Of a DNA stretch of 35,782 nt, positions 25,795 through 33,822 are shown one piece after another. The notes under the pieces were generated by a model. It saw only the letters and a program-made list of their open reading frames with translations, was not told the DNA's origin and made no database searches. Position 1 is the stretch's first letter; each line of letters begins with the position of its first letter. The stretch is from contig JBAXKA010000003.1 in assembly GCA_037137555.1 (NCBI GenBank), forward strand, positions 1 through 35,782, read 5' to 3'. Made by a program: the position numbers and the translations under genes. This stretch comes from Candidatus Moraniibacteriota bacterium. GTDB lineage: Bacteria; Patescibacteriota; Minisyncoccia; Moranbacterales; UBA2206.

Positions 25795-26619
25795 TTAATT
25801 AACTAAAAAACTTTTTTTTGTTTCCTTGTTTGTCAGTAGTGATTTCATCTGAATAATCGCAGTAATATTTAATTTTTGAATTCGATCTTCAGAGGACAGT
25901 CCATCGCGAATCAACAATGCATTGATACTTTCGAGGTTTGATAAAACCACGAGCTGTTCGATTGAAGCGTAATCTCTAATATTTCCAACTAATTTTCTAT
26001 TTTGATCTCGCCATATTTTTGCAGTTATTCCAAACAAAGCAACATTTAGTAAATCCGCTTCGCTGGCATATTGCATATTAATTTGGTTTTTAGTTAATTC
26101 TGGCGGGATCAATTTCTCTTTTATGGCGTCAGTATGAATCCGATAATTTACTTTTGCCAAAGTTCTTTGAAAACTCCACTCAAGTTTTAAATTATTTGAT
26201 TCACTATCTTTAAGACGCTGAAATTCTTTGATCAGATATATTTTGAATTCAGCGCTAATCCACATTCCGAATTCGAATGCAATATCTTTATGCGCATATG
26301 TTCCGCCATATCTTCCAGTTGTCGCCTTTAATCCTATGGCATTAGTTTTTTCAACCCAGTCCTTTGCACTTATCTTATAATTATTTAAACCGGCCTTACT
26401 TTTAATTATGGCGAATTCGCCATAATTAAAAGCTGGATTATAAATACTTTCCCAAATCCCTATAAATTCAACCGTATTTCTATTTCGAAGCCAGTCAGAA
26501 ATGAAAAAATCACCATCTTTTGCTTTAAGCATGTCCGTCAAAGAAATATAATCATCACCATGATATTTAACGATGGTGATTTCACTTCCTTTTACAATAA
26601 TTTTCGTTTTCTTTGGCAT
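25795..26619 (-). CDS. KilA-N domain-containing protein
   Basis: YISLTDM...WLRNRNTVEFIGIWE...GRYGGTYAHKDIAFEFGMWISAEFKIYLIKEFQRLK is the familiar bacterial KilA-N family pattern. I chose the start at ATG 26619 (MPKKTKIIV); the track start 26652 overlaps the upstream gene. Confidence 0.8.
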   Translation of the reverse strand: MPKKTKIIVKGSEITIVKYHGDDYISLTDMLKAKDGDFFISDWLRNRNTVEFIGIWESIYNPAFNYGEFAIIKSKAGLNNYKISAKDWVEKTNAIGLKATTGRYGGTYAHKDIAFEFGMWISAEFKIYLIKEFQRLKDSESNNLKLEWSFQRTLAKVNYRIHTDAIKEKLIPPELTKNQINMQYASEADLLNVALFGITAKIWRDQNRKLVGNIRDYASIEQLVVLSNLESINALLIRDGLSSEDRIQKLNITAIIQMKSLLTNKETKKSFLVN

Positions 26620-26629
26620 ATACTTTTTT

Positions 26630-27682
26630 TTAAAACAAAACCGAAATGTCATCTGGGGAATTTTTTTCTAAATTATTTTCGAAATCTTTCAACTCGTTAT
26701 TTTTAAATTCCACTTGACCAGTTGCCTTATTCCAAAAAAGATCTTTTGCGAAAATATGAATGTCAAAATCTTTGATATATTTATCCAACCAACCAGCAAA
26801 ATTATTCGTGCGCACAAAGATTTGCTTCAACTGAACTTTTTCCGCATCATCCTCACTTTTTCTATCTTCCAGAAAAATAATATGATAACCCAGTGAGCTT
26901 TCAATTATTGCACTTCGTTCGCCCTTTTTTAGACCAAAGACAACCTGAGCTATTTCCGGCAACATTTCTGATCCGCTAAACCAACCCAATTCGCCATCAC
27001 TTTTAGCACTCTCACCTTCAGAATATTTTCGAGCAACATCAGCGAAAGTTTTTTTCTCAGTCAATTCTTTTTGAGCCAAAGTTATCTTATTTTTTGCTTC
27101 CGTTCTGGCTTTATCATTTTCTTTGATATTTTCAAATAATTTTTCTTGATACATATCCGGCTTCACAATATTTTCTTCAAAATCTGCTATTGTCCAACCA
27201 TATAATTTTGTTAAATTATTTTTAAGATATTCTTCACTACCATATTCTTGCATTTTTCGAGAAACTGCTTGAGAAATATCTTCCGGATTTATCGTCAAAC
27301 CTCTTTTTCTGGCTTCATTTTCAATTAGTTTATTTTCAATTAATTTATTTAAAATATTTTTTTCTTTAATTCGCAATCTTTTTTTTCCGTCCTCTGTTGC
27401 AAAATCAACACGCAAACCAAGCTCGGAAAAATCTTGATTTTCATAAAACATTCTGGCAGAATCCAGTTGACTTTTCAATTTATTTTCACTAATAAAATTT
27501 GTGCTCCAACTAGCCACGGGATAAGGCACAATCGCTGTGGTTTTTCGGGTCAATTTATTATCCACATTAAAACCATAAATTAAAATTGCGATTATGCTAA
27601 AATATAAAAACAAAAAAAACAAAAGGCTCAATATTATTGTGAGTAGTTTAATTTTTTTTAGATTAGCTTTTTTTTGCATCAT
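26630..27682 (-). CDS. Parvulin-type peptidyl-prolyl cis-trans isomerase (PrsA/SurA-like), membrane anchored
   Basis: GELGWFSGSEMLPEIAQVVFGLKKGERSAIIESSLGYHIIFLEDR is a PPIC rotamase signature, with an N-terminal TM helix. The track start 27691 is TTG; the first ATG is at 27682. Confidence 0.85.
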   Translation of the reverse strand: MMQKKANLKKIKLLTIILSLLFFLFLYFSIIAILIYGFNVDNKLTRKTTAIVPYPVASWSTNFISENKLKSQLDSARMFYENQDFSELGLRVDFATEDGKKRLRIKEKNILNKLIENKLIENEARKRGLTINPEDISQAVSRKMQEYGSEEYLKNNLTKLYGWTIADFEENIVKPDMYQEKLFENIKENDKARTEAKNKITLAQKELTEKKTFADVARKYSEGESAKSDGELGWFSGSEMLPEIAQVVFGLKKGERSAIIESSLGYHIIFLEDRKSEDDAEKVQLKQIFVRTNNFAGWLDKYIKDFDIHIFAKDLFWNKATGQVEFKNNELKDFENNLEKNSPDDISVLF

Positions 27683-27687
27683 ACAAT

Positions 27688-28086
27688 TCAATACTTAAAG
27701 AAATAATCCCACCATTTTTGCGGATTAGAATTTTTTATCAACAACTCCTGATTGGCAACGACCGTTTCAGTATTTATTTTTTTGGGAGTAAGTCCCGAAT
27801 CAATCACTACTACATTTTCAGCTGGATCTTGCAGGTTCAATTTATCTCGAATTTCTTTTTCCTGGTAATCCCGACCTTCCAAATAAGCAATTTTGTCAGA
27901 CAATCGCATATTATCACCCTGAATTCGCTTTGCTTCTTCTTCTAGTTTTGTAATTTCAGCTTGCACTTGTCTTTTGTGATAAGTTTCCTTGGAAATTGCC
28001 AAAAAAATAAACACACCCGCCACACAGCCGAGAAAAATTATAATTCGAATCAGCCATGAATTTCCTTTGTCACTATTATTGCGCAT
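27688..28086 (-). CDS. Septum formation initiator family protein (FtsB/DivIC-like)
   Basis: 132 aa. N-terminal TM, then a coiled coil (QAEITKLEEEAKRIQGDNMRLSDKIAYLEGRDYQEKEIRDKLNL), typical of FtsB/DivIC. Confidence 0.7.
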   Translation of the reverse strand: MRNNSDKGNSWLIRIIIFLGCVAGVFIFLAISKETYHKRQVQAEITKLEEEAKRIQGDNMRLSDKIAYLEGRDYQEKEIRDKLNLQDPAENVVVIDSGLTPKKINTETVVANQELLIKNSNPQKWWDYFFKY

Positions 28087-28100
28087 AAAATTAGTGCCTG

Positions 28101-28220
28101 TTAATTCCCTAGCATTGTCAATGCTGGTGCAACTGTCATTGCCACCATGGAAAGCACAGCCAAAACAGAAATCACCACCCAGATTTTATAGATTTTTTTG
28201 TTGCGTTTTTTAAAGCTCAT
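28101..28220 (-). CDS. Possible 39-aa membrane peptide (low confidence)
   Basis: Minus-strand ORF MSFKKRNKKIYKIWVVISVLAVLSMVAMTVAPALTMLGN, with a basic N-terminus and one TM. It fills the lepA-ftsB-like gap. There is no supporting motif. Confidence 0.3.
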   Translation of the reverse strand: MSFKKRNKKIYKIWVVISVLAVLSMVAMTVAPALTMLGN

Positions 28221-28272
28221 AAAATTATTTTAGCAAATTATTAGTTAGTTGACAAATCAAATTAATTAGCCC

Positions 28273-28300
28273 GTAGAGACGCATTGCAATGCGTCTCTAC
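28273..28300. terminator. Perfect 28-nt palindrome (GC-rich hairpin) just downstream of lepA
   Basis: GTAGAGACGCATTGCAATGCGTCTCTAC. It is flanked by a T-run on the plus strand and by AT-rich sequence on the minus strand. Plausibly an intrinsic or bidirectional terminator. Confidence 0.5.
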
Positions 28301-28310
28301 TTTATTTTTT

Positions 28311-30095
28311 TTATTTTTTTAAAACCGCCAAAAAAGCTTCCGACGGAATCGCCACCTTGCCAATGTTTTTCATTTTCTTCTTGCCTTTTTTTTGTTTTTC
28401 CAAAAGTTTTCTTTTTCTGGTAATATCACCACCATAGAGGCCACTAATCACATCTTTGCGAAAAGCTTTAACGGTTTCTCGTGCTAAAACTTTCCCACCA
28501 ATAGCCGCTTGAATAGCAATTTGAAAATTTTGTCGCGGAATAGCCTCTTTTAATTTTTCCACAATCCGCTTACCTTCACTATGCGCCCAAATTTTTGGCA
28601 CAATTCGTGAAAAGGCTTCCACTTTTTCCTCGGCAATAATAATATCTAATTTCACAAGCTCATTGGCACGATAATCAGACAATTCATAATTCATTGACGC
28701 ATAACCAGAAGAAGCACTTTTCAGATCATCATGCAAATTCGTGATCACATCCGTCAGCGGACAATTAAATTTCAAAATCATTCGTTCACTATTTAAATAT
28801 TCCGTATCGAGATATTCCGCCCGCGTATTTTTCATCATTTCCATAATCGCTCCTAAATAATTAGACGGAGAAATAATTTCCAGATGCACATACGGCTCAA
28901 AAATCGCTTCAATCACTGAAGGATCTGGCAATTCCGAAGGAGAATAAACTTTCAATCTTTTTTCTTGACTTTTTCCGGTTAATTGAATTTCATAAACAAC
29001 ACCTGGCGTGGTAATAGTTGGACTCAACTCAAATTCTTTTTCCAATCGCGCTTGAATAATTTCTAAATGCAAGAGACCCAAAAATCCACAACGAAAACCA
29101 CGACCAAGTGCCAAGTTGCTTTCCGGCTCAAATACAAAAGCCGCATCGTTTAATTTCAATTTTGAAAGTGCATCCCGCATTAAATTATAATCATCCCCAG
29201 AAGTGGGATAAAAAGAAGCATACACCATCGGACTGACTTCACGATAACCTGGCAATTTTTCAATTTGTTTTTCAAATTTAGAAATCGTGACTGTATCACC
29301 AACCTTGCAATATTCCACACTTTTGAAACCAGTAGCGATATAACCAATTTCTCCCACTTTCAATTTCGCAGTTTTTTGAAAATCCGGCTTGAAATATCCC
29401 ACCTCAATCACATCACTTTTCGCTCCCGTCGCCAACATTAAAATTTCTTCTTCCGCTGAAATTCCCCCATCAATTATTCGCACATACGCCAAAACGCCTT
29501 TATAAATATCATATTTAGAATCAAACACCAAAGCACGCAATGGCTTATTTTCATCACCACTTGGAGCAGGCACAACTTCCATAATTTTTTGTAATAATTT
29601 CTCCACGCCCGCACCAGTTTTGCCTGACACTTCCAAAATATCTTCTTTTTTGCAACCAATAATATGCATAATTTCCGCTTTAGTTTTTTCCACATCAGCA
29701 TTCGGCAAATCAATTTTATTCGCCACAGGAATAATTTCTAAATTATGTTCAATCGCTTGATATAGATTAGCCAATGTCTGAGCTTGCACACCTTTCGTCG
29801 CATCAACTAAAATCACTGCACCTTCCACAGCGGCCAGCGATCTCGAAACTTCATAACCAAAATCCACATGCCCTGGCGTGTCAATTAAATTTAAAATATG
29901 TCCAGCATATTCCATGCGCACCGGTTGCATTTTAATCGTAATCCCCCGCTCTCGCTCAAGATCCATCTGATCAAGCAACTGCTCTTTCATTTTGCGCGCC
30001 TCAACCGTTTTAGTAATTTCCAACATACGATCAGCCAGCGTGGATTTGCCATGATCAATGTGTGCGATAATACAAAAATTTCGAATATTTTTCAT
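28311..30095 (-). CDS. lepA: Translation elongation factor 4 (LepA)
   Basis: 594 aa. NFCIIAHIDHGKSTLADRMLE G1 motif, DTPGHVDF, NKID, and the LepA-specific C-terminal domain. Confidence 0.95.
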   Translation of the reverse strand: MKNIRNFCIIAHIDHGKSTLADRMLEITKTVEARKMKEQLLDQMDLERERGITIKMQPVRMEYAGHILNLIDTPGHVDFGYEVSRSLAAVEGAVILVDATKGVQAQTLANLYQAIEHNLEIIPVANKIDLPNADVEKTKAEIMHIIGCKKEDILEVSGKTGAGVEKLLQKIMEVVPAPSGDENKPLRALVFDSKYDIYKGVLAYVRIIDGGISAEEEILMLATGAKSDVIEVGYFKPDFQKTAKLKVGEIGYIATGFKSVEYCKVGDTVTISKFEKQIEKLPGYREVSPMVYASFYPTSGDDYNLMRDALSKLKLNDAAFVFEPESNLALGRGFRCGFLGLLHLEIIQARLEKEFELSPTITTPGVVYEIQLTGKSQEKRLKVYSPSELPDPSVIEAIFEPYVHLEIISPSNYLGAIMEMMKNTRAEYLDTEYLNSERMILKFNCPLTDVITNLHDDLKSASSGYASMNYELSDYRANELVKLDIIIAEEKVEAFSRIVPKIWAHSEGKRIVEKLKEAIPRQNFQIAIQAAIGGKVLARETVKAFRKDVISGLYGGDITRKRKLLEKQKKGKKKMKNIGKVAIPSEAFLAVLKK

Positions 30096-30101
30096 AAATT
30101 G

Positions 30102-30917
30102 TTATTCTAGTGGACTTTTAATTTTCCTTAACATCGGATTAGTCACTTTCGTATAAATCTGGGTTGTTCTAATGTTAGCATGCCCTAGCAATTCTTGCAC
30201 GAAACGAACATCTACGCCATTTTCTAACAAATGCGTTGCAAAACTATGACGCAAAGAATGAAATGTCGCCTCTTTTTTAATTCCCGCTTTTTTGAGTGCA
30301 GTTTCAAAAACTTTTTGTGCAGTTCTTTCGGTTAATTTTCCACCGCGTTCACTAGCGAAAATATAATCATTGAGTTTTTTGTTTGCAATTAATTTTTCAA
30401 CATCACCAATTAGTTTTTCCGGCAAAAGTGTTATCCGATCTTTATTTCTTTTAGCGTCTTTAATGTGAATCGTCAATTCCGCCAAACAAACATCTTTAAC
30501 TTTCAAATTAATAATCTCACTCACCCGCAAACCACCAGAATAAGCCAAAGCAATCATCAAATTATGTTTTTTATTATTAATTACTAGCAATATTTTTTCA
30601 ATTTCAGCGCGAGAAAGCACAATCGGTAACTTGCTTGGAGTCTTGGCAAAGCGCACATCAATTTTTCCCCGAAATTTCAAAACATTCCAGCAGAAGAAGT
30701 TAATCGCTTGCAAATTCTGATTAGACATCTGCGATGATTTCCCCTCATCTATTTTTGACAAAATATACTGCTTAATAAAATCCACATCAACAATTTCAAA
30801 ATTATTCTGTTTAGCTTTTAAATAATTAGTAACACAATAAGTATATGCACTGATAGTTTTTGGACTATATTTTCTCAATCGCAATTCATCATTTAGTTTT
30901 TTTAAGTAAAAATCCAT
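30102..30917 (-). CDS. Tyrosine site-specific recombinase, integron-integrase-like but lacking the IntI-specific insertion
   Basis: 271 aa. R (GGLRVSE), HSLRHSFATH (HxxR) and LLGHANIRTTQIYTKV (H, Y). SAM-like N-terminal domain (YSPKTISAYTYCVTNYL) and a ...KSPLE C-terminus. It is divergent from the cassette array. Confidence 0.85.
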   Translation of the reverse strand: MDFYLKKLNDELRLRKYSPKTISAYTYCVTNYLKAKQNNFEIVDVDFIKQYILSKIDEGKSSQMSNQNLQAINFFCWNVLKFRGKIDVRFAKTPSKLPIVLSRAEIEKILLVINNKKHNLMIALAYSGGLRVSEIINLKVKDVCLAELTIHIKDAKRNKDRITLLPEKLIGDVEKLIANKKLNDYIFASERGGKLTERTAQKVFETALKKAGIKKEATFHSLRHSFATHLLENGVDVRFVQELLGHANIRTTQIYTKVTNPMLRKIKSPLE

Positions 30918-30925
30918 TTATTTAT

Positions 30926-30954
30926 TTGACACATTATTACAATTTGAGTATAAT
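30926..30954 (+). promoter_or_regulatory. Pc-like cassette promoter, perfect sigma70 consensus
   Basis: TTGACA (30926-31), a 17-nt spacer, then TATAAT (30949-54). It points into attI and the cassette array. Confidence 0.65.
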
Positions 30955-30957
30955 TAA

Positions 30958-30986
30958 ATCATACAGAATATTCACAAAAATAGCAA
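30958..30986 (-). promoter_or_regulatory. Candidate recombinase promoter (Pint-like), face-to-face with Pc
   Basis: On the minus strand: TTGCTA (30986-81), a 17-nt spacer, then TATGAT (30963-58), about 40 nt upstream of the recombinase ATG (30917). Confidence 0.45.
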
Positions 30987-30998
30987 TATTATGCATGC

Positions 30999-31037
30999 TA
31001 TCTGAAAACACTTCGGATATAAACGAGTTATCTGAAA
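30999..31037 (+). other. attI-like site: two direct TATCTGAAA boxes; inferred crossover G|TT at 31027/31028
   Basis: TATCTGAAA occurs at 30999-31007 and at 31029-31037. The second box is part of GTTATCTG (31027-34), the exact reverse complement of cassette 1's inverse core CAGATAAC (32349-56). Confidence 0.65.
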
Positions 31038-31139
31038 TTTGCTTTTTCTTTTCGCCTATCGGCGACGCATTTCTGTAATGAATTAATTGAATTTATTTAT
31101 TTTAAAAGGGGGTATAAGGAAGAAAACTTTATTAATATT

Positions 31140-32222
31140 TTGAATACAAATATGGAAAAATTCTCACCAGAATTAGTACAAGCGCAAACTGAGGCTCTTG
31201 ATATTCAAAAAAAAGCAAAAGAGGAGAAAGAAAAGAAAGGAGAAGTCGGAAGTTTAAGCAACGAAGATTATGAGAATGCTTGCCTGCCCCGCGTTGAAAG
31301 TTATGAGAAATTTTTGGAGGAAAATACAAAACTAGAATCCTTCGTTGATCACATTGAGCAAAACTCCCCAAATGGCGAAATAAATATATACAGTCCTGAA
31401 TTTTGGTATTCCTATCAGAAATTTATTGAAACTGTTTGGACAAAAGAAGGATTGGCACAATTAAACAGTAAGGACTACGAGGATTTTGAAGATTATAGAC
31501 ATGATTCCAATAAAATGCGAAAACCGATTGATCATGTTTTTTCTAACGGTGCATCTATTTTCAGGGGTAACGAACATTTCAATAGAATAAAACAGCGTTC
31601 TCTTTTGAATACTTTAAATAAAAATGGCATATCTACTGAAAACCTGCAAACCATAAAAGATTCATTTGCACATTATTATCGTAGCGATGGCGGCTATGGA
31701 CCAAAAAATATTAGCAAAAGTGCCTTGGAGCAATCGTACTTACAACGAATTGAGGCAGTCAAAAAATTGAACCAAAGTCAAGAACTATCGAAAATAACCG
31801 AAATCTGGGATGAATACGGATTACTTGATTCTCTATCTAGCGAGGTCAGCACATGTTTTGGCGGGCGCAACGAAACGCCAATTATAAGAAAGATAAGAGA
31901 GAAGCACAAAAATTCTTTTAAGGAAAAAAAGTTTAAAGAAATTGAGTTAGCTATAGTTGAAACAATTACCTTAAACGGACTAAAGGATAGCTTTTTATTA
32001 ACAAAAGAGTATGACAAATTAATTGAAATAGAGAAAAAAGACCCAAATTTAATAAAATCAGCTATTGCTGGAACATCCGCCCTCACCTTTGTTGTACTTA
32101 CTTCCAATATAGTCTCAACAGTAGTTGGAGACGCTTACGCATACACCCCAATAGGTGCAGTTCCAAATATTGATAGTATTTCTCGCGAGATGAAAGAGTT
32201 TTGTTGCGACGTAGAAGAGTAA
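31140..32222 (+). CDS. Cassette 1 ORF: hypothetical protein with C-terminal TM helix
   Basis: 360-aa ORF (TTG in the track; first ATG at 31152, MEKFSPEL...). The N-terminus is charged and the C-terminus has a hydrophobic segment, SAIAGTSALTFVVLTSNIVSTVVG. No motif recognised. Confidence 0.6.
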   Translation: MNTNMEKFSPELVQAQTEALDIQKKAKEEKEKKGEVGSLSNEDYENACLPRVESYEKFLEENTKLESFVDHIEQNSPNGEINIYSPEFWYSYQKFIETVWTKEGLAQLNSKDYEDFEDYRHDSNKMRKPIDHVFSNGASIFRGNEHFNRIKQRSLLNTLNKNGISTENLQTIKDSFAHYYRSDGGYGPKNISKSALEQSYLQRIEAVKKLNQSQELSKITEIWDEYGLLDSLSSEVSTCFGGRNETPIIRKIREKHKNSFKEKKFKEIELAIVETITLNGLKDSFLLTKEYDKLIEIEKKDPNLIKSAIAGTSALTFVVLTSNIVSTVVGDAYAYTPIGAVPNIDSISREMKEFCCDVEE

Positions 32223-32228
32223 TAAGGA

Positions 32229-32281
32229 GTCTTTGTTTCTGGGCATTCACCCCTTAATCCCCTCTGCCCAAAAACAAAGAC
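32229..32281 (+). other. Stem-loop with conserved C-rich loop after the cassette 1 ORF (homologue of 8473-8527)
   Basis: GTCTTTGTTTCTGGGC (32229-44) pairs with GCCCAAAAACAAAGAC (32266-81) at 15/16 bp. The loop is ATTCACCCCTTAATCCCCTCT. The stem sequence differs from the 8.5-kb copy while pairing is kept. Confidence 0.7.
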
Positions 32282-32348
32282 AAAATTCAATTAATTCATT
32301 ACAGAAATACTATTCCTCTGCTGAGGAATGAAAAGAAAAAGCAAACAT

Positions 32349-32437
32349 CAGATAACACGGCATATCTGGTTACGGCTTTTTACAAAAGCCTCCACCCAAA
32401 TTGCTACGCAACTTCAGATATGCCGAAACGTTAGCTG
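32349..32437 (+). other. attC-like site 1 (89 bp)
   Basis: R'' CAGATAAC; P1 GGCATATCTG (32359-68) pairs with CAGATATGCC (32415-24); P2 GGCTTTT/AAAAGCC; conserved CCACCCAAATT (32392-402); R' GTTAGCTG (32430-37). Confidence 0.75.
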
Positions 32438-33815
32438 AAATAAATTTTTATCTTTGTAGTAATTTCAAGTTCTGTGCGTTGATCAAAGACGAAAATTTGA
32501 TTTTTTAAATTAAAAGTTTTTTCCGCTTCGCGGATTATTTGGGGGCAATTTTATTTTTTATTTTAAATACAATATGATGAACAAACAAATCAACACCGCT
32601 TTGGCGATTGCGGTAATAATCATAATCGCTGGAATTGCGGGCGGAACAATTTATACAAACATTGCGAATAACAATCCGGCCACAATTATTCCTGTAATCA
32701 ATAAAACTCAACAAAACAAAGTTATTAGCAAATCTTCAGATGATATTGCTATAGGCAAGTCATGTGATGCTCGTAATTTAAAATCCTACAACGGTGGCGG
32801 AGAAATTGCAGCCACAAAAGGTTTACAATGTTATATGTACGACGACCTTTCTGACAGAATGCTTAACAATGGCAAGTGGATTTATCCGAGCGGCAAGGAA
32901 ACGGTTCGCAAGGGCGTTTGGGTTTATCCGAATCATATGAGCATACCGATATTCTTAGCCCAAGAAAAACCTTCCTTGTTTGATACGGTTTCAATAAATG
33001 ACCTTACACAAAACTGGAAGTTATACGATAATTCCAACGGTAATTATAGTTTTAAGTTTCCGAAACAATGGGAAGTAAAAAAAGACGCTTCAAATGCAAA
33101 CCAATTGACAATAGAAAAAATAAATACGACCGAAGCAAATACTATATTCGCAACAATCACATATTATCCGAATGCTAAATTCGAAACTACAGATGATTAT
33201 CAAAATATTAACGAAGCTCCAGATGATTGGCTTGTGCCTGACAATTCTACTGACACATTCATCCTTACTCGCCATTTTGATTTAAATGGCGCTACTGCAC
33301 TCTTAGTCGAAAGAATGAATAATTTTGACTTGGGTGGAAGTTCTTATGGCGAAACAATTTTTGTCACTAAGCCAAATTCATATTTTACGATTGAATATAC
33401 AAAATATCAGGACGCCGATATTGATTTGCCAGTAGAGATGTTAATTAAAACCTTACGGTTTAAATAACATCTTATAAAAAAATAAGGAAGAAAAATAAAA
33501 AATAAAATTGCCCCCAAATAATCGTTTTGCCATTCGGCAAAACAAAAACTTTTAATTTAAAAAATCAAATTTTCTTTACGATAAGCAAAGTTTATACTGT
33601 TAAAGACGAAGATAAAAATTTACATCAGCTAACACGGAGTAAACGGTTCAGAAATTTTTCAATATTAATAATTAGAGGAGTAAAAAATTTCTTCACCCAA
33701 ATTCGTTTTCCTTAGTCAGTGCCATTATCAAGATTAGTGCATTTAATATAATTCCGTTAAGATAACAAAGTTTAATCAATTAAGTCGGAAAACGAACTTC
33801 GTTTACTCCGATACG
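32431..33815 (+). mobile_element. Gene cassette 2
   Basis: Opens TTAGCTG and ends at G of GTTATGTG. The IR arms are 32430-32564 and 33492-33633, including perfect 31-bp (32491-521/33544-74) and 32-bp (32533-64/33492-523) blocks. Confidence 0.75.
32574..33467 (+). CDS. Cassette 2 ORF: secreted/membrane-anchored hypothetical protein
   Basis: 297 aa. N-terminal signal-anchor (ALAIAVIIIIAGIAGGTIY) and then a soluble domain. No motif recognised. Confidence 0.65.
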   Translation: MMNKQINTALAIAVIIIIAGIAGGTIYTNIANNNPATIIPVINKTQQNKVISKSSDDIAIGKSCDARNLKSYNGGGEIAATKGLQCYMYDDLSDRMLNNGKWIYPSGKETVRKGVWVYPNHMSIPIFLAQEKPSLFDTVSINDLTQNWKLYDNSNGNYSFKFPKQWEVKKDASNANQLTIEKINTTEANTIFATITYYPNAKFETTDDYQNINEAPDDWLVPDNSTDTFILTRHFDLNGATALLVERMNNFDLGGSSYGETIFVTKPNSYFTIEYTKYQDADIDLPVEMLIKTLRFK

Positions 33816-33822
33816 TTATGTG
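33626..33822 (+). other. attC-like site 2 (197 bp)
   Basis: R'' CAGCTAAC; P1 GGAGTAAACG (33636-45) pairs with CGTTTACTCC (33800-09); P2 33650-59/33683-92; conserved TCACCCAAATT (33693-703); P3 CGTTTTCC (33704-11) pairs with GGAAAACG (33787-94); R' GTTATGTG (33815-22). Confidence 0.75.

Larger units (their letters stand above)
31028..32430 (+). mobile_element. Gene cassette 1
   Basis: Bounded by G|TTATCTG (attI) and G|TTAGCTG. The inverted-repeat arms are 31027-31094 and 32283-32356, with perfect blocks of 8, 16 and 26 bp. Confidence 0.75.
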
